From positions 254,200,001 to 254,264,000 of the forward strand of contig OZ024741.1 of NCBI GenBank assembly GCA_964016885.1: a stretch of 64,000 nucleotides of DNA, given 5' to 3'. A program made the position numbers and the translations under genes. The DNA comes from Eledone cirrhosa (taxonomy: Eukaryota). This document shows positions 16,001 to 31,500 of the stretch, one piece after another. A model generated the notes under the pieces. The model saw nothing but the letters and a program-made list of their open reading frames with translations. It made no database searches and was not told the DNA's origin. Numbering within the stretch: the first letter of the stretch is position 1; the number at the start of each line of letters is the position of its first letter.

Positions 16001-19000
16001 GTGGAAAATGGACGTTAAACGATGATGATGAATTGTTACAGCAAATTCATCACGAGCCTGTTCATGATAAAATGATCCAGAGGTGATGGAGATGGATTAG
16101 TCATACTTAGTACCACAAGACAAACCGTGACCCAGAACCTGCAGGGGGGAAAAGGAAGAGGAAAGCCTAGAAATACCTGGCACCATGATCTGGAGGTACT
16201 GGCAAAGAAGTTGGGATATTCCTGAGGATAGTTGGAAACAAAAACCAAGGACTGTGATATTTGGAGGAAACTTGTTGGTGGCCTACACGCCACTGGGAGC
16301 CCCAGAGCAAAACTGAACTGACTCCTCAGGTAATTCTTTAAATCCCAGGAGAAGTTACATCTTTCACCCCTAAACTTCTTCAGGTAAATCTGTGACTGAA
16401 AGTTCAATATTTGGTCCCTGGACATGACACCTGTCCATCACAAGGTTGAACCCCAATTATTGCTGCTGGTACTCATTTTCAGCTGTGTGTACTGGAGCAA
16501 TATGAAACAAAGTGTTTTACACGCAAACACAATGCACCACCCAGTCCTGGAATTGAACCAACAACATTATGAGTTTTAATCCAACACCCTAACCACTAAG
16601 CCACATACCTTCATATATCTCTGAACTTCCTCAGGTAATTCTTTAAATCCCAGATGAATCCACATCCCTCAACTTCCTCAAGTAAATCTGTAAATTACAA
16701 ATGAACCCACTTACCTTATCTCTGAACTTTCTCAGGTAATTCTGTAAATCCCCCAATGGACAATATTCCAGCACCAGAACAGGTTTGTTCCCAACACTAT
16801 AGTGACCAATGAGACTGACAATGTGTTTATTTGTATCAAGATTCTTCATCGCACTAATCTCGAGAGCCAACATCCTTTTATCATTATAACAAGCATTATC
16901 TGAAGAATAAACCAACAAGGAAATTTATTGTAATCAACAGCAACCAAAATACATACCCTGTTTTGTTAAATTATTATCAGTCATAGTGTATGTATAGAGC
17001 AGAGGTTCTCAAACTTTTTGGGCCACTGCCCCTTTCATAGCCACATAATACCTTCAGCACCACCCAACCCCATTTCCAGAGAGACCTGCCTACATGGAAA
17101 TTGTTAATTTATATATATAAAATTGAAATTGTCTGTGTGTGTGTCCTCGTTTTTGCAAAGTCTATACAAATCCACATTTCTACTCCGATTGACTTCAAAC
17201 TTGCATTTATATATTCCTTGCAGTCTAAAGATATTAACTGCAGCTTTTATTTTTCAATTATCTGTTGTTAAAGGCGTGTTAGGCGCCGGTTATCTCTCTC
17301 TCTCTCTCTCTCCCTCTCTCTTTATTAGTCTGTCTTTTTAGATAAATACATAGCTATAAGGTTGCACCCTTATAATATCTGTCTGTATGTCTGGCTGTCT
17401 GCATTACGACATTAAGACAAAAATTGTTCTCATTGATGACGTATTTTCTTTGCTATTTTCCGTTCATTGCCAGGGAACATCTTCACGGACCAAAGTATCA
17501 TCTTCCTGTTTTCCTTCGGTTGCAACGGTTTTTGAAATATTCACGTCTGCGTTCACAGATTGATTTTTTAGTTTCAGAAGATCCTGTTAAGGGTGAAAGC
17601 ACACGTAAGCAATGTCAATGTTACTGCTGCTACATAGGACTCCCATTAACACTGAACTTTCACCTTTGCGTTCTGCATTTCCATCCACAGGCCAGCATGG
17701 AATGGTCTTCATAGTAGTCAGTTTATTGAGGGAGAAACAGAAGGGTCTCACATTTGCTGTCCAAAAAAACCCATTGACAATAATGAAAACCGCTAACATC
17801 AACGCAGAATGATACATTGTAGGTCGCTTCAACCCGCCTTTTATTAATCAAAAAACTTCTTGCCAATAAACATTAACCCTCTGTGTGCCATTCATCTAAC
17901 TGTAGACCAACAAATACCAACTAAACGGAGCGTTGACAAGAACGATGGCGAATGAATATTTGAGGTAAGCAGTTTCCTCCTGAGCTGTTAGTTCACATGC
18001 GATTCTCTGCTACACCTTTTCATAATAATAATACTGAACAACGTACTGCTGGTCACTCCTTCCTCCAACAGCCATACAAAGCGAACATGTGCATCGGGTA
18101 GATGGATCGGGTGCAAATCTACACCAGACCTACGTGAGAAATTCGCAAGGGACTGCATCGAGAGGGATAGAGAGAAAGAGTAATTTAATGGAAAGAGTGC
18201 AAATGAACTTTTGAGGTAACTAGCCTACGCCTTACTGCTATGACACTGGAACCTTCTGCCAACTTAACCTGTGACTTTCTCTTTCACATTTACTCCAAAA
18301 GGCCAAAACAGAGTGGAAACGCTGGGGGACAACTGTCACAAAAGGAGTATGAAAAGAAGGGGCTCAACAATATTTCTATGAACAATGCACGTAGACAGCT
18401 AAACTGTACTTTCAACATAAAACAAGTTTCCTGTCGGTATATTTTCGTGAGTTTTTAACAGGCACTCACAAATAAACGTTTCTCATTGGAGGTGCTATTA
18501 CCAATGTTCTTACCCGTGCAACGCCGGGATACACTGCTAGTATATAATAAATAATATAATGTACACTATGTATAACCCTTTAGCATTTAAACCTGCCGTA
18601 TCTGACCAGAATTCTCTCACCTCTTTCTGTTCAAACTGGCTGTAACCGGCTGCTCATACTGATGTTAAGGTATTGTTTTCAAAATAAATAATTTCAAAAT
18701 CTCATAGATTCGATATTATATACAAAATATGATAGTATATATAGAATAGGGTTAAAGGGTTAAATAAATATTATATATTTCTTATTTTACTATATTTATA
18801 AATAATGTGTCATTTGATATTTAATATACTATTATATCATCTCTACTTACCCATTAGGCCCCAGTGCCCCCTAGACCGTCTCCCCCTCCCCCCCACACAC
18901 ACTTTGAGAACCTCTGGTTTAAAAGGAAGAATCTCATTCTTAATTATGATTGGTTTTGAAATACTGTAATTCTTTTGGTGGCTTCAGCTTTATTTATTGA

Positions 19001-19464
19001 ATGCTTAAATTTTACAAAGGGTTTGTCCCCTTAGAAATTTATCAACCCTTTCTAATTTATAAAGTTAAATATGACAATGTATGCACATATAGTCACATGT
19101 AGATATGTGAGTGTGTGTGTGTATTTATGTGTACATCATCATCATCATCACCGTTTTACGTCCATTCTTCCACGCTAGCATGGGTTAGACGGGTTGTCCT
19201 GTTGTGGGCAGTGTCTGGTCGGCTGACCATGCCTTGCTCATACAGGAACTGATTTGGCTTGATTTCTACAGCTGGATGCCCTTCCTAACACCAACCTCAT
19301 TTACAGTGAGTGCTGGGTGCTTTTTCGTGGCGCCTACACATCCACTTTACAGTGTGGGCTGGGTGCTTTTTGCTAATATATCTAAGTATATATATCATCA
19401 TCCTCATTTTTACGTCAAATTTTCCATGCTTGCATATATATGTATGTAAATGTGTTTAGGTATG

Positions 19465-19506
<42 letters not shown>

Positions 19507-22500
19507 TATGAGGTAGCATCAACAAATTTCAGGACTAGTTCTGTAGCATGCCAACAGATAGCAATACATGGTTGTGTGCACAGTGAGAGCTAGCAGTGAC
19601 CTTCATGCACCAGTGACTGAATAACATCACAGTATTCACTTTGCAAGTTGTAAAATTTGTGTTTTTGTGATCACGTGTCTGCTGTAGCCTGCAATTTTGT
19701 CATGTACAGGAAGTTTGAACAAAGTGGCAATGTGAAATTTCACATTCACTCGGGAAGACTGTTCCAGAGATATTGATCATGCTTTGGTAAGCTTACAGCA
19801 ACAAGACAATGAGTCATTTTGAGTGGCATGGGCGCTTCACAACAATGCACCCTGTCACCTAGCTCTCTTCACTTGTGAGTTTCTTGCCAAAACAACATTG
19901 TTTTAACACTGTTGCTGAGATGCAGAGAAACTCACAGAAAGTCCTTGATTTGTTTACGGACAACAATTTCCAAGTCGGATTCCAAAAGTGGCAGGAACAC
20001 TGGGATAGGTGTATTGCTGCATAAGGAGACTGTTGGTTCAAAGGGGATGATGTTAAAACTTAGGTAAAAATATTAGTTTATTAAAAACATAACTAGTCCA
20101 TGAACTTTTTGATACCTCCTCTTATATATATGAGGATCGGCTGAAAAGTTCATAGGTTGACCAAGACACTCATGGAATGACCAAATGAGGCTTATTTTTC
20201 AACACAGTCTGTGGAAAAGAAACAATTCAGTTATTAATAAGAAGAGTTGAAATTAATGCATGTAAGAATTTACATATAGTTAAAAAGTAAAAGTGAAAAA
20301 GCACAGGGATTATTTTTTTTCTTTAATAAGACAGAATAAATATTTTTTAAATTCTTACATTAAATGGATTTAAGTTTTGTCAAATATTACCAGTTTCGAT
20401 TGATATGACAATCTTATCAAATATGAAAAAAAGTTCCTTCTCATATTCTGCAGGCAGTTAGAACATATGGGAATTTTCTCTCAAAATCTCTTCTTATAAA
20501 TATGTTCTTTATGAAGGTGGCGTGGTGATGGTGGAAATGGTGTTCAATAGATCAGATTCACTAGAAAATTCTTTTGATTTCAATAGCAAGTTCATTTTCT
20601 ATTCAGAATAAAGGTCCAGATAACATTTTGTTTATAGTGTATGTGTGTGTATTTAGGTAGGGTTTCATTGTGTCAAGAGTTCCAGTTATTTTCAGGGTTA
20701 ACCCTTTAGCATTCACATTATTCTATATATACTATTATATTTTCATGGTAAAGCTTTACCTCGCATAATTATCTCGCATAATATAGAATCTATGAGGTTT
20801 TGAAATTATTTATTTTGAGAACAATACCTTAACATCAGTATGAGTGGCCAGTTACAGCCAGTTTCAACAGAAAGAGGTAGAGAATTCTGGCCAGTTTGAA
20901 CATTAAAGGGTTAATAGAAATAGCTAAAAGTGAATATAAAGTTGTTCGTTTGTCTTGTGTAGGTGTGTGTATCAGCAAAGCCTAAAAAGTAAATTTGAAG
21001 TCTTTACAAAATGGACTCCCCACCCCAAAACACACACATAGTCACCACAAGTCAAAAAAAAAAAATTATATCCACTTTTAGTTATTTTTACAAACCCTGA
21101 AAATAATTTGAACCCTTGATACAATGGAACCCAACCTAAAAACACACACTACAGATAGTGATTAAATGATGATGATGAAGAGGAGGAGGTGGAGGATGAC
21201 ATGTAGAGGAGAAAACTGAACAACAATCTAATGAAGAGAACGTTAGGAGTTCTTTCTTACCTTTCAACATTTTGACAGCAACAGTAGTTTTGACCCCAGA
21301 CAATGTAGAGTTGAAGTATTTTGCTCGTATCACCTTCCCGAAGGCTCCTTCACCAATAACATCCATCAAGTGTATGTGATTTGGGTCCAACTTGTAAGGA
21401 TCCTTATAAAGTAGTGGTGGTTGAGGTGTGGCTCTCTTCACACTTGCTGATTTCTCAATGTCCTAAAATAGAGAGATTGTAATGAAACAATATGAAACTG
21501 AAAAAGATAAATGCCTGTCAATCACTTGACACCCAGTCAATCCTTATACTCATCTTTATTACACCCTACCTACATTACACTACATAAATTACACACTACA
21601 TACATTACACACTACATACATTACACTACATACATTACACCCTACATACATTACACACTACATACATTACACTACATACTTTGCACTACATACATTACAC
21701 TATACATTGCACTACATACATTACACACTACATACATTACACCACATACATTGCACTACATACATTACATTACATACATTACACTACATACATTACACAC
21801 AACATACATTACACACGTTGCACTACATAAATTACACTACATACATTACACTACATACGTTACACTACATACATTACACACATTACACACTACATACATT
21901 ACACACAACATACATTACACACGTTGCACTACATACATTACACTACATACATTACACTACATACATTACACTACATACATTACACTACATACATTACACT
22001 ACATACATTACACTACATACATTACACTACATACATTACATTACATACATTGCACTACATACATTACACACTGCATACATTACACACTACAAATATTACA
22101 CACTACATACATACATTACACTACATAGATTACACTACATACATTACACTACATACATTGCACTACATACATTGTACTACATACATTACACTACATACAT
22201 TGCACTACATACATTGCACTACATACATTACACTACATACATTACACTACATACGTTGCACTACATACATTACACTACATACATTACACTACATACATTA
22301 CACAACATACATTACACTACACAAATTACACTGCATACATTACACTACATACATTACACTACATACATTGCACTGCATACATTGCACAACATACATTACA
22401 CTACACACATTACACTACATACATTACAGACTACATACATTACACACTACGTACATTACAAACTACATACATTACACACAACATACATTAATCACGTTGC

Positions 22501-25500
22501 ACTACATACTTTATACTACATACATTACACTACATACATTACACTACATACATTACACTACATACATTACACTACATACATTACACTACATACATTACAC
22601 TACATACATTGCACTACATACATTGCACTACATACATTACACTACATACATTACACTACATACATTACACTACATACATTACACTACATACTTTACACTA
22701 CATATATTGCACTACATACATTGCACAGTACATACATTACACACTACATACATTACACACTACGTACATTACAAACTACATACACTACACACTACATATA
22801 TTAAACACTACATACATTACACACTACATACATTACACACAACATACATTACACACGTTGCACTACATACATTACACTACATACATTACACTACATACGT
22901 TACACTACATACATTACACACATTACACAACATCCATTACACTACATACATTGAATTACATACATTACACTACATACATTACACTGCATACATTACACTA
23001 CATACTTTACACTACACACATTACACTACATACATTACATACTACATACATTACACTCGTTGCACTACATACATTACACTACACTCTACCTACATTACAC
23101 TACATCCTACATACACAACAGTACACACATTACACTACACTACACACATTACACTACATACATTACACAGTGCATACATTACACAGTGCATACATTACAC
23201 ACTACATACATTACACTACACACTACATACATTACACTGCATACATTACACTACATACATTACACACTAAGTACATTACAAACGACATACACTACACACT
23301 ACATACATTACACACGTTGCACTACATACATTACACTACATACATTGCACTACATACATTACATACATTGCACTACATATATTACACTACACCCTACCTA
23401 CATTACACTACATACATTACACTATACATTGCACTACATACATTACACTACATACATTGCACTACATACATTACACTACACACTACATACATATATTACA
23501 CTACATACATTGCACTACATACGTTGCACTACATACATTACACACAACATACATTGCACTACATACATTACACTACATAGATTACACTACATACATTACA
23601 CTACATACATTACACTACATACATTACACTACATACATTACACTACATACATTACACTACATACATTACACTACATACATTGCACTACATACATTACACT
23701 ACATATATTACACTACATATATTACACACTACATACATTACACTACATACATTGCACTACATACATTACACACTACATACATTACACACTACATACTACA
23801 TACATTACACACTACATACATTACACTACATACATTACACTACATACATTACACTACATACATTACACTACATACATTACACTACATACATTGCACTACA
23901 TACATTACTCTACATACATTACACTACATACATTACACTGCATGCATTACACTACATACATTACACTACATACATTACACTGCATACATTACACACTACA
24001 TACATTACACTACAAACATTACACACTACAAACATTACACACTACATACATTACACTACATACATTACACTACATACATTACACTATATACATTAAACTA
24101 CATACATTACACTACATACATTACACTACATACATTACACTACATACATTGCACTACATACATTGCATTACATACATTGCACTACATACATTGCACTACA
24201 TACATTACACTACATACATTACACACGTTGCACTACACACATTACACTACATACATTACACACTACATACATTACACTACACACATTACACTACATACAT
24301 TAAACTACACCCTACCTACATTACACTAGATACATTACACACTACATACATTACACAAGTTGCACTACATACATTACCCTACATACATTACACTACACAC
24401 TACATACATTAACCTACACACATTATACTACATACATCACACTAGATACTACATACATTACACACTGCATACATTACACTACATACATCACACTACATAC
24501 TACATACATTACACACTGCATACATTACACACTACATACATTGCACTACATACTACATACATTACACACTGCATACATTACACACTACATACATTACACA
24601 CTACATACATTGCACTATATACATTACACTACATACGTTGCACTACATACATTGCACTACATACATTGCACTACATACATTACACACTACATACATTGCA
24701 CACTACATACATTACACTACATACATTACACACTACATACATTGCACTACATACATTGCACTACATACATTACACTACATACATTACACTACATACATTA
24801 CACACTACATACATTACACTACATACATTACACTACATACATTACACTACATACATTACACTATATACATTACACTATATACATTACACTATATACATTA
24901 CACTACATACATTACACTACATACATTACACTACATACATTACACTACATACATTACACTACATACATTACACTACATACATTACACTACATACATTACA
25001 CTACATACATTACACTACATACATTACACTACATACATTACACTACATACATTACACTACATACATTACACTACATACATTACACTACATACATTGCACT
25101 ACATACATTACACACTACATACATTACACTACATACATTGCACTACATACATTACACACTACATACATTACACAACATACATTGCACTACATACATTGCA
25201 CACTACATACATTGCACACTACATACATTGCACTGCATACATTACACTACATACATTACACTACATACATTGCACTACATACATTACACTACATACATTA
25301 CATTACATACATTGCACTACGTACATTACACTACATACATTGCACACTGCATACATTACACTACATACATTACACTACATACATTACATTACATACATTG
25401 CACACTACATACATTACACACTACATACATTACACTACATACATTACACTACATACATTACACTACATACATTACACTACATAAATTACACTACATACAT

Positions 25501-28500
25501 TACACTGCATACATTACACTGCATACATTACACTGCATACATTACACTACATACATTACACTACATACATTACACTACATACATTACACTACATACATTA
25601 CACTACATACATTACACTACATACATTACACTACATACATTACACTACATACATTACACTACTTACATTACATTACATACATTACACTACATACATTACA
25701 CTACATACATTACACTACATACATTGCACTACATACATTACACTACATACATTACATTACATACATTGCACTACGTACATTACACTACATACATTGCACA
25801 CTGCATACATTACACTACATACATTACACTACATACATTACATTACATACATTGCACACTACATACATTACACACTACATACATTACACTACATACATTA
25901 CACTACATACATTACACTACATACATTACACTACATAAATTACACTACATACATTACACTGCATACATTACACTGCATACATTACACTGCATACATTACA
26001 CTACATACATTACACTACATACATTACACTACATACATTACACTACATACATTACACTACATACATTACACTACATACATTACACTACATACATTACACT
26101 ACATACATTACACTACTTACATTACATTACATACATTACACTACATACATTACACTGCATACATTACACTACATACATTGCACTACATACATTACACTAC
26201 ATACATTACACACTACATACATTACACACGTTGCACTACATACATTATACTACAAATTTTACACTACATACATTGCACTACATACATTACACTGCATACA
26301 TTGCACTACATACATTGCACTACATACATTACACTACACACTACATACATTACACTACATACATTACACTACATACTTTACACTACATACATTACACTAC
26401 ACACTACATACATTACACTACATACAATATAATTACATACATTACACACTACATACATTTCACTACATACATTACACTAGATACATTACACACTACATAC
26501 ATTACACACGTTGCACTACATACATTACACTACATACATTACACTACACCCTACCTACATTACACTACATCCTACACACATTACACTACACCCTACATAC
26601 ACAACAGTACACACATTACACTACACCCTACATACATTACACTACACACTACATATATTAACCTACACACATTACACTACATACATTACATACACATTAC
26701 ACTACATACATTATACACTGCATACATTACACTACATATATTACACACTACATACATTACACACTACATATATTAAATACTACATACATTGCACACTGCA
26801 TATATTACACACTGTTGATGGTGATGTTGAAGATAATGATAATGTCAATGATGGTGAAGGTGATAACTATACAAAATATCCTCTACCACATCTACCCCAA
26901 ATACTTGGCACTACATCATATTTACCAACAATCTCAAAATCTGCCAACTAAGTAGTTTTTACATAGTTGCACAACCTGCTAAAAATAGCAGTCAGATTTC
27001 CTTGAACATCTTACAAAAAGGAAGGATCACATCAGACAAAAAAACACAAAAGTCTTAATTTACCTAAAATGACAAGATGACTCTTGATACATTGTGTTTG
27101 AAAATATGATGAAATGGTCATAACTGGAATAACTGTGACCAGGTATCTGCTGGATAAGAGATGACCAGTGGCTAAACAACAACAATAACAACAACAGTAA
27201 AACATCACTGGCCTTACAATACAGCCTAATGAATCATATTAACCCCATAGTAATGAGTGGGTAGAAAAAAAGTTACCTCAATTTACTTTCGTCAGATTAA
27301 CCTTGTAAGTCATGCCCATTTACCTTTTTTTGTGGTAATGAGTGAGAAAAAGGTTACTGCACTTATCTTAGTCTGAATTAATCTTGTGGTAATGAGTGAG
27401 AAAATAGGCTACCTCCACTTGCTTTTGTCTTAATTAACCCATGCAAGTATGGAAAAGTATGCATAAAAGGATGGTGATGATGATGATGATGATGACCAAC
27501 CTATGGTAAAGAGTGCAGAAAAAGTTTTGTCTGAATCCTGTGGTAATTCATCATCATCATCATCATTTCATTTTACGTCCGCTTTTTCCCTGCTTGCAAG
27601 GGTGGGATGGGAACTGATTCTGGCTTGATTTCTACAGCTGGATGCCCTTCCCAACACCAACCTCATTTACAGTGAGTGCTGGGTGCTTTTTTGCCGTGGC
27701 ACCTCCACGACCACTTTGCAGTGGAATGATATGGATCCCAGTCCCTATCATCTCATTTCTACAGCTGAGTAAACTGGAGCAATGTGAAATAAAGTGTCTT
27801 GCTCAAGGAAACAGCACATCACCCGGTCTGAGAATTGAACTCACAACCTTTCGATTGCAAGGCCAATGCTCTAACCACTAAGCCATGTGCCTCCATAATT
27901 AGTAATAAAAAAAGGTTACCCGACTTAGCTTTGTGATAATAGATGAGTAAAAGAGGTTACCCCAATTTAAATTTAAGTTAACCTTGTGGTAATAGCTGTG
28001 TAAGAGAGGTTGCCCCATTCAAATTTGAATTAACCCTGTGATAACGGCTGAGTAATTGCATGTTAGCCCCCCCCCCCAATTTAAATTTAAGTTAATCCTG
28101 TAGTAATAGCTGAGTAAGAGAGGTTGCCCCAATATAAATTTAAGTTAATTCTGTGGTAATGGCTGAGTAAGAGAGGTTACTTCATTTAAATTTTCAAGTT
28201 AACCCTGTGGTAATGGCAGGGGAGAGAGTGGTTGGCTCACTTACCTTTGTCTGGTTCCTTTCATCACAAATAGAGGGAACATTCTTTTGATGATTAATTA
28301 CAATAAATATTAGAGTGACCAGCAGGCTAAGCAACAGCAATGAGATCGGTATTATCACAGTCAACAAGCTGGATAGATTCACATCAAATGGATCTATAAA
28401 ATGTAATTAAAATTTCTACTTTAGATACAAGGCTAGTTATTTTTTAGGGTAGGTGAAAGCCGATTATATCGACCCCAGTACTTGACTGATTCATTATGTT

Positions 28501-31500
28501 TTTGATATTAGAAAGATGAAAGGCATTTCATTGACCTTAGCAAGACTTGAATTCAGAACATAAAGAACTATAACTAAATGCTACACTCTAACAATCTGGC
28601 CAATCCAATAATATTAATAACTAGCAGTGGTACCTGACGTTGCACGGGATAAGGTATTTTGGAACGCGGGCCGCCATCAGACCTAATCGTGGAAAAACTG
28701 CATGCCAGGACAATATGTAAAGAAAATAAACCGAATACCCTGATGGCTGGATAATTTTTAAGATTTTCCGCGATGGAGCAGGAAAAATGGAGGTTTTCAC
28801 CTAATGCGGGCCCTAGGGGATCAACAAAATAAATTTTTTTTATGTGCATAATATGCCTTGAAATTTCGAGAAAATCGGCTAGACGTAACGCCTCCAAAAA
28901 GCCCTAAAAAGCTGAAAAAATGAAGTTTTTCACCTAGGCCATAAAAAAAGTTGGATTTTCTTTGCTCACAGTATGAAGAAGAGACTAATACATAGTTACA
29001 ATTTCAAGGAAATCGGTCTGACGTAATGCCTCAAAAACCCCTAAAAAGCTTAAAAACGCAGTTTTTCACCTAATGTGGGCCCTAGGAGATAAAAAAGTGC
29101 ATAACACTCCCCGAAACATAAGTAATACACGTGTAAAGTTTGAAAAAAATCGGTTGGGTACTTCTCGAGTTTTAGGGATTCAAACTCACAGACAGACACA
29201 CACAGACATCCTCAAGGAAGTGACGTAATGCAGACAGCCAGACATACAGACAGATATTATAAAGGCGCGACGTTATATGTATGTATCTATCTAAAAAGAG
29301 AAAAACTACGAATTATAGAGAGAGATCGCTAAATCGCCTAATGCGGTCCCTAGGGCATTGAAAATTTGAATTGTTTTTGCTCAGAACATTCCCTGAAACA
29401 TAAGTATTACATGTGTAAAGTTTGAAAACAGTTGGTTGGATGTTTCTCAAGTTTTAGGGATTCAAACTCACACGCAGACATCCTCAGTTTTATATATATA
29501 GATAATAATTTTGTATTGGTCACAAGTGTCCAAAACAATGGGGACAGTACAAACTTGGGTTTATATCAAGTAAAAATGTTTGAAATCAACATAATAAAAT
29601 GTAATAATAAATTTCCTTCAAGAACAATTAGTGAATACCACCTATGGTAATTTGGGTTGCAAACCCAGCACAATGTCTGGGATTACTCTGTCAACAAAGG
29701 CATTGAAAGTGCCTCCTTCTAGTTTCTTTTCTACCTGTCTTAGAAAAGCCTGTTCAGAGTAGGTCCATTTAACCTCATTAATTTTGCTCTTACTCACTAT
29801 TCATGAAACACTCTAGGAGGTAGAAACTCGCCCTCCACTTTCTTCTTGAAGTGGTACTTAAAGAAGTTAATGAGGACTTGGCTAAGAAGAAAGGTCTTGT
29901 CCTTAAACCTTCCACTCATGTCTACCATATATTTTTTAATATAACCATGATGTAGAGGAAAATTTGCTGCCCATCCTTGCCAAGGGAAGGTCGCGATTCA
30001 ATTTTCACTATAGATTCGGTTGACATCTGGATGCATCCCACACACCATAACAGATGTTTGGCACAAGCCCACAAACCTGTAATGCACAGACACTGAACGA
30101 TAGTGTGCAGGACAGTTTTGTTGACTTACATGCATCATAGACAAGTTCTGCCTTTAGAGCTTGTCTCCTGCAAGTAATATTTCCCTGTAGCATTGCCAAG
30201 CCAACGATTTTTGAAAATTATACATTCCCCAATTTGAACATCCTCCAGAAGAATCTGCTCGGACTGTTTTATTGATGACCAGAATGGCTCCTAAATCATT
30301 GTCAGTCATTCCCTCCACTAATACAATTCTATTAAGGAGAAGAGCTGCAGAAAAATGTTGAATGAAGGGTGCCCTTGTTGGTTCATTGTCACTATTATTG
30401 TCACAGGAGTCGAGGTATTTCTGCAGGTGTATCAATCTCTGTCTGCACATCATCAGCATCCTAAGAACTCTACAGAGTGGACATTGGCAGCAAATAAAAT
30501 TTCTGACCAATGTCGTTTCCACGAGAAATGAAAGGGTGTGCATACCAAAACTGGTCAGATATGTTTTAGGGTATGGCAAATGACCAGGCAGTAGTACATC
30601 ACTAAGGCAATGTTGGCATTTACTACTTCAGTCTGACCTTTCAGGGACAGCTTTCTCTCAGGTCATTTCTGAATGAGACTAGGCACCCTGTCCATGACCT
30701 TTTCCAAGTTCTTACCCACTTGAAAGTCTGGCATTTGAACCAGACCACAATAACCTTAACCTTGGTCCAGCAACAGAAATTGCCACTGGGCTTCATGGAC
30801 TTGCTTTTCTATGAGCTGAATTGCAAGCTCACTGACTTTTACCAAATTATACATGCTCCTGTCACATCCTGGAATTCTTCCAGTATTGTTTCCATTGCCT
30901 GTATGTCCAATGTGTCTAACACCACGACAGTAATATCAGCATGGGCACATATGGCTCTCTTGTAGCACAGATAAAGTGGGATGCCTTTCAAAGTTTCCAT
31001 CTTTCTCAGTAATTGCTCCATAGTAATTGCTACTTAGAAAAAAGATATAATAGGGTATCGCTGTAATACTGAAGGGTTCCGAGATGTGGCCATTTAGTTT
31101 GACCAACAAACAGATGGCACTGTAAATCATAATGATCCAGTTTTGAAACAGGACCAAAACTAGCTGCTCTTAGGACAGACTTCATGTAATAAAGGTCAGC
31201 CATATCAAAAGCATTGCACTGTTCTGTAATTACCACGTGGTGATTTACCATTATATGTAATTAACAAATAGCAAAATTAACTCACATATTGCAACAAAAT
31301 TTCTCTCCATATTAGGTTGTCTCATGATATCTGTAATTGAAAAGAAATAAACTGACTTAAACATCTTAAACATTTACATCACAAATTGAGAATAACACAT
31401 ACCCGAATATTGACCCCTGTTCAGTTAACAATCACTAACCATATCCCACCACACTATATACACGAAATACACTAACCATGTCCTACCAAACTATATACCT

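Larger units (their letters stand above)
17000..18916. mobile_element. hAT-like non-autonomous element with nested insertions
   Basis: Terminal inverted repeats CAGAGGTTCTCAAA ... TTTGAGAACCTCTG. Confidence 0.65.

Noticed and set aside
21511-26951. Long His/Tyr/Thr/Ile-rich ORFs up to 712 aa
   Set aside because: Translations of a 14-bp satellite that lacks stops in all + frames; intronic and antisense to the RTK
29650-31250. Endogenous viral element
   Set aside because: Fragmented ORFs reassemble into L1/Tx1-type RT motifs
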